Both the position numbers and the translations under genes were made by a program. From contig JBBRLQ010000003.1 of assembly GCA_038231275.1 (NCBI GenBank), positions 416,001 through 480,000 on the forward strand: DNA of 64,000 bases. The letters run 5' to 3'. This document shows, one piece after another, positions 48,299 to 56,569 of this stretch (its first letter is position 1; each line of letters starts with the position of its first letter). Under the pieces are notes generated by a model. It ran no database searches. It had not been told where the DNA came from and was given only the letters and a program-made list of their open reading frames with translations. The DNA comes from Polyangiales bacterium. GTDB taxonomy: Bacteria; Myxococcota_A; Polyangia; Polyangiales; Polyangiaceae.

Positions 48299-48440
48299 GC
48301 CTCCTTGCCCGGAGCGCCGGGCCTCGATCCCTCGAAGCGCAGGCGGCGTGACGACGCCGTGCTCGCGCATCGCGTGCCCCCGTCGGCGTTGGCGCGACGC
48401 GTGCGCGGTGGTCGAGGCCCGGCGCTCCGGGCGAGGAGGC
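48299..48440 (-). promoter_or_regulatory. Long leader hairpin occluding the SD of the four-helix-bundle gene
   Basis: 48299-48327 and 48412-48440 are inverted copies (28/29 match) with further inner pairing; the 3' arm contains AAGGAGG. Confidence 0.75.
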
Positions 48441-48495
48441 GTGCGAGGGGCGAGGTGCCGGCTCGAGGCTGGCGTGCGCGTGCGCGGCTGCGAGC

Positions 48496-48899
48496 ACGTG
48501 GCCCGGCCCGACGGCGGCGGTCCGCGGCGGATACACGACGATGTCGTAGGTCTGCGGCATCGTCGTGCCCCACGCGTATTTGTGGAAGAGCGAAGCGGGC
48601 GGCTCGACGTTGGGGCCCTCCCAGATCATGCACGCGCCGCACGTCTCGCAGTTGCCGACGGTCGCATGGGCGCATGCTCCGGTCAGGGAGATGCCGAAGC
48701 GGTGCAAATAGAATTGATAGACGCCGTGGACGCACTGGCCGCTCGTGAAGCCCGTCCAGTCGCCGACGGCGCCAGTGACTGCTTCCGAGGGCGTGCCCGC
48801 CGACTCCCCGCCAGGCGCGCTCGCGCAGCTCGCGACGGCCACGACCAGGCCCACGAATGAGCCAAAAACACCGACCAATCGAGGACGAACCGTGAACAT
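48496..48899 (-). pseudogene. CHAP-domain lipoprotein truncated after the GHV motif
   Basis: Lipobox VASC; GQCVHGV and DIVVY..GPGHV; then reads into the repeat sequence. Confidence 0.6.
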
Positions 48900-49022
48900 G
48901 CGCCGGACCTCCCGTCTGAGTGCGAGCGGACACTAGCGCTCGCGGTCCGCAGAACGGCGCCATTCACGGGCAGAGTCGCGCCAAGTGTGCCGAGCCTGCC
49001 GCCGGACGAATCGCGCTATCCG

Positions 49023-49739
49023 TCAGCCCACGCCGAGGAGCGGGAGCGCGACGTTCGGAATGAAGTCGACCAGGAAGTGCGTGACCATCACGGCGAGTAG
49101 GTCGCGCCGCTTCCAGTACATCGCGGTGAAGACCAGCGCGATCGCGCCGGCGATGACGATGCCCGCCGGCCCCTGTCGCACGTGGAAGAGGGCGAAGGGA
49201 ACGACGGTCAGGGCCGTGGCGAGCAGGCGGCTCCCCGTCAATGTCCGAAGGCGCTCGAGCGCGTAGCCGCGGTAGAACGCCTCCTCCGTCACCCCTGCGC
49301 GCAGCACCATGAGGCCGGTGGCCCAGAGCGGAGGGATGAAACGATCCGGCTCCTGAGCCCCCACCTTCCAGTGCATCACTTGCGCGAGCGCGATGCACGC
49401 CCCCAGCACGACGATGCACGGCACGAGCCCGACGAGGCCCCAGAGCACGGAGCGCCCGGGGCGCGCGAGGCTCCACCCGATCGACGACAGCGGCAGTCGC
49501 TCACCCTTGCGCACCAGCACGAGGAGCACGCCGAGGAGGGCGAAGACGCCGAGCTCCCTACCGACGAACGAGCCGAGCGACGTGGGGTCGCCGACGTCTA
49601 TCTTGAGCGCCCAAAGGAACGCGGGCGTACCGAAGACGGCGAGCACGAGGCCAAGGGCCGTGATGAGGCGGCGACGTTCGGGCGAGCGTTCCTGCATGGG
49701 GGACTCGGGGAGGATGGCGTGCGCGATGTCGTTGTTCAT
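49023..49739 (-). CDS. CPBP (CAAX/Abi) intramembrane glutamic endopeptidase
   Basis: AGVTEEAFYRGY, FALFH, VMVTHFLVD. Confidence 0.92.
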   Translation of the reverse strand: MNNDIAHAILPESPMQERSPERRRLITALGLVLAVFGTPAFLWALKIDVGDPTSLGSFVGRELGVFALLGVLLVLVRKGERLPLSSIGWSLARPGRSVLWGLVGLVPCIVVLGACIALAQVMHWKVGAQEPDRFIPPLWATGLMVLRAGVTEEAFYRGYALERLRTLTGSRLLATALTVVPFALFHVRQGPAGIVIAGAIALVFTAMYWKRRDLLAVMVTHFLVDFIPNVALPLLGVG

Positions 49740-49744
49740 GGTTG

Positions 49745-49790
49745 ACCTTACGGTGTAAGAACATTTGAACCATGAACCTTACGGTGTACG
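49745..49790. promoter_or_regulatory. Tandem TetR operators in the divergent promoter region
   Basis: CTTAC-GGT-GTAAG (49747) and CTTAC-GGT-GTACG (49778), 31 bp apart. Confidence 0.8.
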
Positions 49791-49801
49791 GTGTCAAGTC
49801 G

Positions 49802-50416
49802 ATGCCCCGACGATCCGCCGCCGTTCGCCCGCCGCTCACGCTCGACCGCATCGTCGCGGCGGCCGCCGAGCTCATCGATCGCGAGGGAGCGGAGGAGCTC
49901 AGCGCCCGCAAGCTCGCGGCCACGCTCGGGTGCGAGGCGATGTCGCTCTACCACCACGTGCCGAGCATGGGTGTCTTGCTGGATCACGTCGTCGATCAGG
50001 CATTGTCGTCGCTCCCTCCTCCGCCGCAGGGATCGCCACCGGTCGCACAGCTGCGAGCGATGGCGCGGGCTTACCTCGCGCTCGCGGGCGCGCGCCCGCA
50101 TGCGTTTCGCGTCATCGGCACGCGGCGCATCCACACCGCGGTGGGCGTCGCGTTCCAGGTGCGGTCGATCGAGCAGCTCGTGACCATCGGGCTCTCGACG
50201 CGTGATGCCTTGCGCGCGTCGCGCGTCCTCTTCGTCTACTTGAACGGCGCTGGCCTCGCGATCGCGAGCTGGCGCCTCGACGCCGTGCAGCCCCGCTTCC
50301 ACTCTGTGCCGGGCGGCGTGCCGCGCGATCTCGAGAAGCTCTCGACCCGCGCGTCCCTCGAGAAGGACGCACTCTGGGGACTCGAGGGCCTGCTGCGAAT
50401 GGTGACCGGCCCCTGA
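49802..50416 (+). CDS. TetR family transcriptional regulator
   Basis: LTLDRIVAAAAELIDREG..LSARKLAATLGCEAMSLYHHV. Confidence 0.92.
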   Translation: MPRRSAAVRPPLTLDRIVAAAAELIDREGAEELSARKLAATLGCEAMSLYHHVPSMGVLLDHVVDQALSSLPPPPQGSPPVAQLRAMARAYLALAGARPHAFRVIGTRRIHTAVGVAFQVRSIEQLVTIGLSTRDALRASRVLFVYLNGAGLAIASWRLDAVQPRFHSVPGGVPRDLEKLSTRASLEKDALWGLEGLLRMVTGP

Positions 50417-50758
50417 TCGATCGTCCTACGACTCGATGCCGACGTGCGCGAACCCAGGCCGTGAGCCATCGCTTCCACTCACCGCGGACGCAGGTCGTCC
50501 TCGTAGGGCGAGCGCGCGAGGATGCCGACGCCGTTCACGAGCGAGAAGTGTTCCTGCCGGACTCCACCTGGACATGAGGGTCTCCGCGAGGCACGCCCGA
50601 CCCGCACCGCGCGAATGGATCAGCAACGCGCATGCCACACGCGAATAATCCGCGAGAGTTGCCTTCACCTCCGGCTGACCACGTCAGCTCGTCCCGATCG
50701 CGCGGTCACCTATGGGACGAGCTGGATTCGACGCCCTCGGGCGACGACGTCCAGAGAG

Positions 50759-51796
50759 TCATGCCGACCCGTTCCTGGACGAGCCGACGCCGAACCGCAT
50801 CACGATGACGCTGACGTTGTCGGGGCCCCCGCGCCGATTTGCCAAGTCTACGAGACGCTCGGCCGCACGCGCGAGCTCCCAGTTGATGTCGAGGACGTCC
50901 CGAACGAGATCGTCGGGCACTGCTTTCGTGAGCCCGTCGGAGCAAAGCAGATACACGTCACCGATCCGCGGCTTGGCGAAGATCACGTCGGTGAGGACGT
51001 AATCGCGCGGGCCCACCGCGCGGCTGAGGGAGTCGGCGCCGGGACCGACGATGCCGTAGCTGGCCATCGTGTGGTCGGTCGTCATCTGCTCCAACTTCCC
51101 TTCGCGGAACCGGTAGCAGCGGCTGTCGCCGACGTGGCCTACGTAGAGGCGGCCCTCGTCCGGTGAGAAGCGCGCCGCCACGATCGTGGTCCCCATCTTG
51201 ACGAGTGTTCGGTCCTTCTTGGCGCGCTCGTGGATTCGCATGCTCGCGAGCTGAATCGCCCGGGCGACGTCGCTGGCGCGCGGCGGGAGCTTGGGGTGCG
51301 GCTTTCCCATGAACGTGCGGCTCTCGATGGCCTCGGCGATCGTCTCCACTGCGAGCTTGCTCGCGATCTCGCCCCCCCCGTGGCCGCCCATTCCGTCGGC
51401 GAGGATGCAGAGACCGTCTGCCTCGCGCGCGAGCACCGAGTCCTCGTTGTTGTGGCGCTTGCGACCGCGATCCGTGCGGGCGACCGCGTCGACGCGGAGG
51501 TAGGGCGGGTCCGCGGGGGGCCCTTGCTCGAGCGCTCCCTTGTCGAAGGCGATCGGGACGGCCGGGCAGCTTTCGCGCGGCTTGTCGTCCTCTTCGTCCT
51601 CGGGCTCGAAGGGGTCCAGGCGTGCGAGCTGCGGTCCCGACAGACGAGGGTTGGGCACCGGCCCGTCTCGGAGGACGCTGCGCCCGCGGCGGCGTCGCCG
51701 AAACGAGAGCGCGAGCGTGGCGGCGATGGCGAGAAAAACCACGCCGACGACCACAAGGAGCCACATGGGCGACCACTGCTCGAAGGTCCCGGTCAT
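50759..51796 (-). CDS. PP2C-family Ser/Thr phosphatase with N-terminal TM anchor
   Basis: TDRGRKRHNNED, LADGMGGHGGGEIAS, MGTT, HVGDSRCY, LLCSDGL, GGPDNVS. Confidence 0.93.
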   Translation of the reverse strand: MTGTFEQWSPMWLLVVVGVVFLAIAATLALSFRRRRRGRSVLRDGPVPNPRLSGPQLARLDPFEPEDEEDDKPRESCPAVPIAFDKGALEQGPPADPPYLRVDAVARTDRGRKRHNNEDSVLAREADGLCILADGMGGHGGGEIASKLAVETIAEAIESRTFMGKPHPKLPPRASDVARAIQLASMRIHERAKKDRTLVKMGTTIVAARFSPDEGRLYVGHVGDSRCYRFREGKLEQMTTDHTMASYGIVGPGADSLSRAVGPRDYVLTDVIFAKPRIGDVYLLCSDGLTKAVPDDLVRDVLDINWELARAAERLVDLANRRGGPDNVSVIVMRFGVGSSRNGSA

Positions 51797-51965
51797 CACG
51801 CCAAGCGAGGATATTCCCTCCTCCACGTCTTGGCACGCATTGGAGGCGCTCTTTCGCGCCGGGAGCCCGTCGCGATCAGCGGCCCGGGAAAACGTTGACG
51901 GTTCGGAGTAGAGCGTGTCCGATGGAAGCGGTTCGCCAACATCGAAAGCTCAAAGGATTTTGCGC

Positions 51966-53567
51966 ATGCGCCTCGTACGATTCGCTGCGAACGGGCTCTG
52001 GATGCTGTGCGCGGTCGGTGCGGGCGCGGCGCCGGGGTGCAGCCAGATCACGCACGCCGGCGACTACCACACGCAGGAATGCGCCACCAACGCCGACTGC
52101 ATCGGCGCCCACGGCGCGAACTGGATTTGCCGCCGCAGCGACAAGACTTGCCAGGGTTTGATCACCGACGACTGCCAGACCGTGCTCGGCTCGGACAACC
52201 TCCTCGACGACGACACCTCGCTATTCGGAGCGCTCTTCGCCATCAACGGCGCGAACGCGGCGACCGGCAAGGGGGAGCTTTACGCCCTCAAGATGGCGTT
52301 CAACGACTTCGCGCCGGTCAACGGCCTCCCCCCCGTTCCCGGCTCGAGCAAGCGTCGCCAGGTGAGCGTGCTCGTCTGCGACGACTCCGCCGCCAACGAC
52401 GTCGCGCTCCGGTCGGTGACCCACATGACCGCGGAGCTCGGCATCCAAGGAATCATCGGGCCGTCGTGGAGTGGGCCGACCATCAACTTCCTGACCAAGC
52501 AATCGGTTCCCGCCGGCGCGCTCGTCATCGGCGCAGGCACGACGAGCCCCGACCTGACGAACCTTCAGAAGAACGGCCTATTTTTCCGTACGTGCGAGTC
52601 GACGGCCCTCGAGGCGCCGCCCATCGCGCGGCTGGCGGCGGACGTCGAGACCGAGCTCGAGAAGCAACCGGCGCTCGCGGGAAAGGTGAAGATCGCGGTC
52701 GCCTCCAAAGGGGACTCGTTCGGCAAGGGGACGACCCAGGTTCTCCTCCAGTCGCTCACGATCGGTGGCAAGCCGGCGACGGATCCCGCCAACGCCGGAA
52801 ACTTTCTGCAGCTCGACTACGGCAACCCCGCCGACCCGACGACCGATCCGCTGAAGTACACCGAGACGGCGACCAAGCTCGTCGCCCTCGCTCCTCAGAT
52901 CATCATCATCATCGGCACCAGCGAGGCGCCGAGCAATATCATGGGCGTGGTCGAGCAACAGTGGCCGGCCGGCGTGAGGAAGCCATACTGGCTTTACTCG
53001 CACAGCCAAGTGAGCAGCGCCATCGTGAACCAGCTCAAGAACTCCGATCCCGCGGGCGAGCTGCGAAAACGCGTCATGGGGGTCACGTTCGGCTCCCTCA
53101 CCCCTGCGTATCTCCAGTTCCGCTCGAACTTCAGCGCGTCACAGCCGGCGGACGTGTCGCCCGACTCGATCTTCGCGAACACGGCATACGACGCCTTCTA
53201 CACGCTGGTGTATGCGGCGACCGCCGCCGGAGGCAATCCGCTCACCGGCGCGAACCTCGCGGCGGGCATCGGGAGCCTCGTGCCGCCGGGCCCGCCGATC
53301 AACGTCGGGCCGGGCGATCTCCAGCAGGCACTGACCAGCCTGGGCAATGGCCAACGGGTCGACCTCGTAGGCACGTCGGGGCCGTTGGACTTCAACCTGC
53401 AAACGGGAGATGTCGCCCAGGAGAACCAGGTGTGGTGCATCCCCGGCGACGGCAACAACCAGCCGCTCTTCCCGTCGTTCAGCGGTTACGGCTTCAACCT
53501 GCAGTTCAATCCGACGGGCTCGCTGGCATCGGTCACGTCGAAGTGCGGCGTGACCTTCGGGCCGTAG
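51966..53567 (+). CDS. Lipoprotein with Cys-rich module and type 1 periplasmic-binding (LivJ-like) domain
   Basis: Lipobox APGC; CATNADC..; LVCDD, IIGPSWSG, TAYDAFYTLVYA, VGTSGPLDF. Confidence 0.85.
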   Translation: MRLVRFAANGLWMLCAVGAGAAPGCSQITHAGDYHTQECATNADCIGAHGANWICRRSDKTCQGLITDDCQTVLGSDNLLDDDTSLFGALFAINGANAATGKGELYALKMAFNDFAPVNGLPPVPGSSKRRQVSVLVCDDSAANDVALRSVTHMTAELGIQGIIGPSWSGPTINFLTKQSVPAGALVIGAGTTSPDLTNLQKNGLFFRTCESTALEAPPIARLAADVETELEKQPALAGKVKIAVASKGDSFGKGTTQVLLQSLTIGGKPATDPANAGNFLQLDYGNPADPTTDPLKYTETATKLVALAPQIIIIIGTSEAPSNIMGVVEQQWPAGVRKPYWLYSHSQVSSAIVNQLKNSDPAGELRKRVMGVTFGSLTPAYLQFRSNFSASQPADVSPDSIFANTAYDAFYTLVYAATAAGGNPLTGANLAAGIGSLVPPGPPINVGPGDLQQALTSLGNGQRVDLVGTSGPLDFNLQTGDVAQENQVWCIPGDGNNQPLFPSFSGYGFNLQFNPTGSLASVTSKCGVTFGP

Positions 53568-53608
53568 AGCCGCAGCCAGCGACCCACAAGAACGGCCGGA
53601 GCTTCGAT

Positions 53609-54379
53609 TCAGAAGGTGCCGGTCAAGCCGGCCGTTCCGACACCTACGTAGGGCGAGACCTGCGCGCCTGCGGACTTCTCGGCGGAGGAGCGGTTCAAGA
53701 ACAAGAGGAGCCCGCCGGTGGCGACTCCAACGCCGCCGACGATGAAGCCGATCGTCGAGATGGTGCTCGTGGTCTTGAGGGACGTGATGTCGTCCTTCGA
53801 TTTGGGCGGGCAGAGCCGGTTGGCGCACGCCGAGTCGAGGTCCGCGCGCTTGCCGAGCGCCGAGACGCCAAAGATCGACCCGATGGCGATGCCGACGCCG
53901 CCCACCGAGAACGCCACGATGGCCGGCACCGCGCTATGCCCCGACGAGGCCGGCGGCGGGCCGCCCGGCGGCGCGGCGTCAGAGGGTGACCCTCCCGAGG
54001 CGGGCGCCGGAGAGCTCCGAAGGACCTTGACGGCGTCCTGCGCCTTCACGCGACCGCTCGAGTCCGCGCCGGGCGAGTTGATGAAGAGCTCGTACTTCTC
54101 GATGGCGGTCTGCTTGTCGCCGAGCGCCTCGAAGCACTTGGCGATGTTGTAGAGGAGGTTCGGATCGGGATCGACGGCGTACGCGTGCTGGAATCTCTCG
54201 TTCGCCTTGCGGTAGTCGCGCGCTTGGTAGGCGGTCAGGCCTTCGTCGGTCAGCTTCTGTACGAACGCGTTGCGCGCGACAGGATCGGTGGGCACGGCGT
54301 CGTCGGCGGCCGCCGGCGAGCCCGTCGCGAGCGCAGCGAGGAGCAGCGAAACGGATACGGCGACTCTCGAGCGTGTCAT
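53609..54379 (-). CDS. Secreted TPR protein with C-terminal hydrophobic segments
   Basis: Signal peptide, TPR (AYAVDPDPNLLYNIAKCFE), Gly-rich hydrophobic helices, C-terminal LTGTF. Confidence 0.85.
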   Translation of the reverse strand: MTRSRVAVSVSLLLAALATGSPAAADDAVPTDPVARNAFVQKLTDEGLTAYQARDYRKANERFQHAYAVDPDPNLLYNIAKCFEALGDKQTAIEKYELFINSPGADSSGRVKAQDAVKVLRSSPAPASGGSPSDAAPPGGPPPASSGHSAVPAIVAFSVGGVGIAIGSIFGVSALGKRADLDSACANRLCPPKSKDDITSLKTTSTISTIGFIVGGVGVATGGLLLFLNRSSAEKSAGAQVSPYVGVGTAGLTGTF

Positions 54380-54427
54380 GCGTTCTCCTTCGGGTTCCTG
54401 CGTCGCGGGCCGGCAGCGCCCGCCAGT

Positions 54428-56233
54428 CTACTGGACCTGGGGCGCCTTCGGGGGTGCGGGGTCGTCGACGAGACGCACGCGGTTCGTGTCGTCCACCGTT
54501 CGAATCTTCGACGTGGTCGTCGCCGTGGGGAGGCCGCTCGGCGCCGCCGCCTTCGCCGCGGCGAGCGCCGGCGGGGGCTGCCCGGTGGTCGCCGGGCTAG
54601 ACGGGGGCTGCGCGGCGGCGGAAGCCCGGCCAGACGGGCCCGGCACCGCGACTCTCCCCGTCGGGTGCGTCGTGAGGACGCGCGACGCGAGCGTCGGCGC
54701 GCCGGACGGAAGCGCGGCGGGGACCACGCGCAGGGGGCGAACCGCGATCGGCGCCTCGATCACCGTCTTCTTCATCGTCACCCGCGCGCGCTTCTCGGTG
54801 TCCGCAGGCGCGATCGTCAGCGTGAGCGACTCGGGCGCGTAGGTCTCCTTCGTGAGCTGCAGGCTGAACTCCCCCTCGGGAAGCTGCAAGGTCACGGGCG
54901 TCTCGCCCAGTAATTTTCCGTTCGATTCGATGCGCACGCCCGGCGGGTCGCTCTCGAGACTCACCTTGTGCAGTGCCGCGGTCGCGAGACGTGCCGGCTC
55001 GTTGCGCGTGCTCCGGAAGAGGAGCACGGTCGCGGCGCCCACGGCGAGGAGGAGCAAGGCCACGCTCGCGACCGTGACGATCCGTCGTGTGCGAGTCGCC
55101 TCCTTCGCAAGCGCCTCGAACGCCTCGGGGTTCGTCGACGTAGCCCCAGGCGGCACTGGGAACGACGGCAGGCCCGGCAGCCCGGGAATGTGCACGCCGC
55201 TCGAGCTCCCGCTGGGCGGCGGCACGCTGCTCTGGAATTTGACCGAGGCTCCGGCGTGCCCCGACGCGCGCAGGATCGTGCTCGCGCGCTCCGCGTAGAT
55301 GCGCCCCTTGCTGGGCCCGAACGGCAGGAGCGCGATGGCGAGCTCGGCGACGTTCTGGAAGCGGCGCGCCGGCGCTTTCGCGAGGCATCGGTCGACGATC
55401 ACCTGCAGGTCGTTGGGGACGTCGGGAGTGAACTGCGCCATCTTGACGGGCTCCCCGTCGAGGACCTGCTTGCAGATCTTGCTGATCGACTCTCCCGAGA
55501 ACGGCGGGCGGCCGGTCAGCATCTCGTAGAGCACGACCCCCAGCGACCAGATGTCGGTACGGTGGTCGACGGTCGACTCCCCGCGGATCTGCTCGGGCGA
55601 CATGTACAGCGGCGAGCCCATGACGTTCTCCGCCTCGGACGCCGCGCGCTCCTTGAACGAAGAGCCGGCCAGCGCGGTCTTGGAGATGCCGAAATCGAGG
55701 ACCTTCACGACATCCGTGCCGTCGGCGCGCCGCGCGAGGAAGATGTTCTCCGGCTTGATGTCGCGGTGGACGATGTCGTTCGAGTGCGCGACCGCGAGCG
55801 CCTCGCAGACTTGCAGGACGGCCTCGACGGCGGACCGCACCGGCAGTGTCCCCGACGTGGCGAGTGTGTCGGCGAAGTCTTTTCCCTCGAGGTACTCCAT
55901 GACGAGGTAGGGCCCGCGCCCTTCCACCGTGCCGACGTCGAAGACGCGCGCCGCGTGCTCGCTCTTGATGCGCACCGCCGCCTTCGCCTCTTGCGCGAAG
56001 CGGCGGACGATGTCGGCGTTGCCCTGCACTTCGGCGCGAAGAAACTTGATGGCGACGACTTCATCGAGCTCGGTGTGGCGAGCGGCCAAGACGATGCCGA
56101 CGCCGCCGACGCCGAGCACTCGCTCGACGATGTACTTGCCGCCGATCACGTCCCCCGCTCGGATGTCGTCCGAGCGGATCGGGTCGATCCCGCTGACCGC
56201 CGCCATTGCCGGGTCCTGTCCGCTGCGGTTCAT
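54428..56233 (-). CDS. Ser/Thr protein kinase with TM helix and PEGA domain
   Basis: LGVGGVGIV, VAIK, HRDIKPEN, DFGISK, YMSPEQ; SDPPGVRI..GETP. Confidence 0.95.
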   Translation of the reverse strand: MNRSGQDPAMAAVSGIDPIRSDDIRAGDVIGGKYIVERVLGVGGVGIVLAARHTELDEVVAIKFLRAEVQGNADIVRRFAQEAKAAVRIKSEHAARVFDVGTVEGRGPYLVMEYLEGKDFADTLATSGTLPVRSAVEAVLQVCEALAVAHSNDIVHRDIKPENIFLARRADGTDVVKVLDFGISKTALAGSSFKERAASEAENVMGSPLYMSPEQIRGESTVDHRTDIWSLGVVLYEMLTGRPPFSGESISKICKQVLDGEPVKMAQFTPDVPNDLQVIVDRCLAKAPARRFQNVAELAIALLPFGPSKGRIYAERASTILRASGHAGASVKFQSSVPPPSGSSSGVHIPGLPGLPSFPVPPGATSTNPEAFEALAKEATRTRRIVTVASVALLLLAVGAATVLLFRSTRNEPARLATAALHKVSLESDPPGVRIESNGKLLGETPVTLQLPEGEFSLQLTKETYAPESLTLTIAPADTEKRARVTMKKTVIEAPIAVRPLRVVPAALPSGAPTLASRVLTTHPTGRVAVPGPSGRASAAAQPPSSPATTGQPPPALAAAKAAAPSGLPTATTTSKIRTVDDTNRVRLVDDPAPPKAPQVQ

Positions 56234-56569
56234 TTGCCAACAGCGTATCGACTAAGAAAAGCGGGTCAATGTGGGCACACGCCGCACCTCGGCGCGGCTC
56301 GCCAAACCTGCCAGGGTTGGGGAGTCCGAATCCGCTCGTGGGTTGCTGCCGAGCTCCGGCGGCTCGCCGCTCGCGCGGGAACGGATCGAAGGACGCGACG
56401 CAGGAAATGGTGCATCGCCTGGTTCATCGCCCCGAGGGGTGCGTCGAAGGGCAACCTCGTACATGCCTTTCCTATCTAGACAACTGGAGCGTACCCCGCT
56501 CTTCTGGAAGCACCCTACGCCACCCTCGCGGTTCCCCCGTCCCCAGCAACGCGCAGGAGAGCCTGAATC

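Larger units (their letters stand above)
47884..48495. mobile_element. Inverted-repeat-bounded four-helix-bundle cassette (IVS-like)
   Basis: GCTCGCAGCCGCGCACGCGC at 47884-47903 and its exact reverse complement at 48476-48495. Confidence 0.55.

Noticed and set aside
50426-50700. Short ORFs between TetR and PP2C
   Set aside because: No recognisable motif, SD or consistent coding frame
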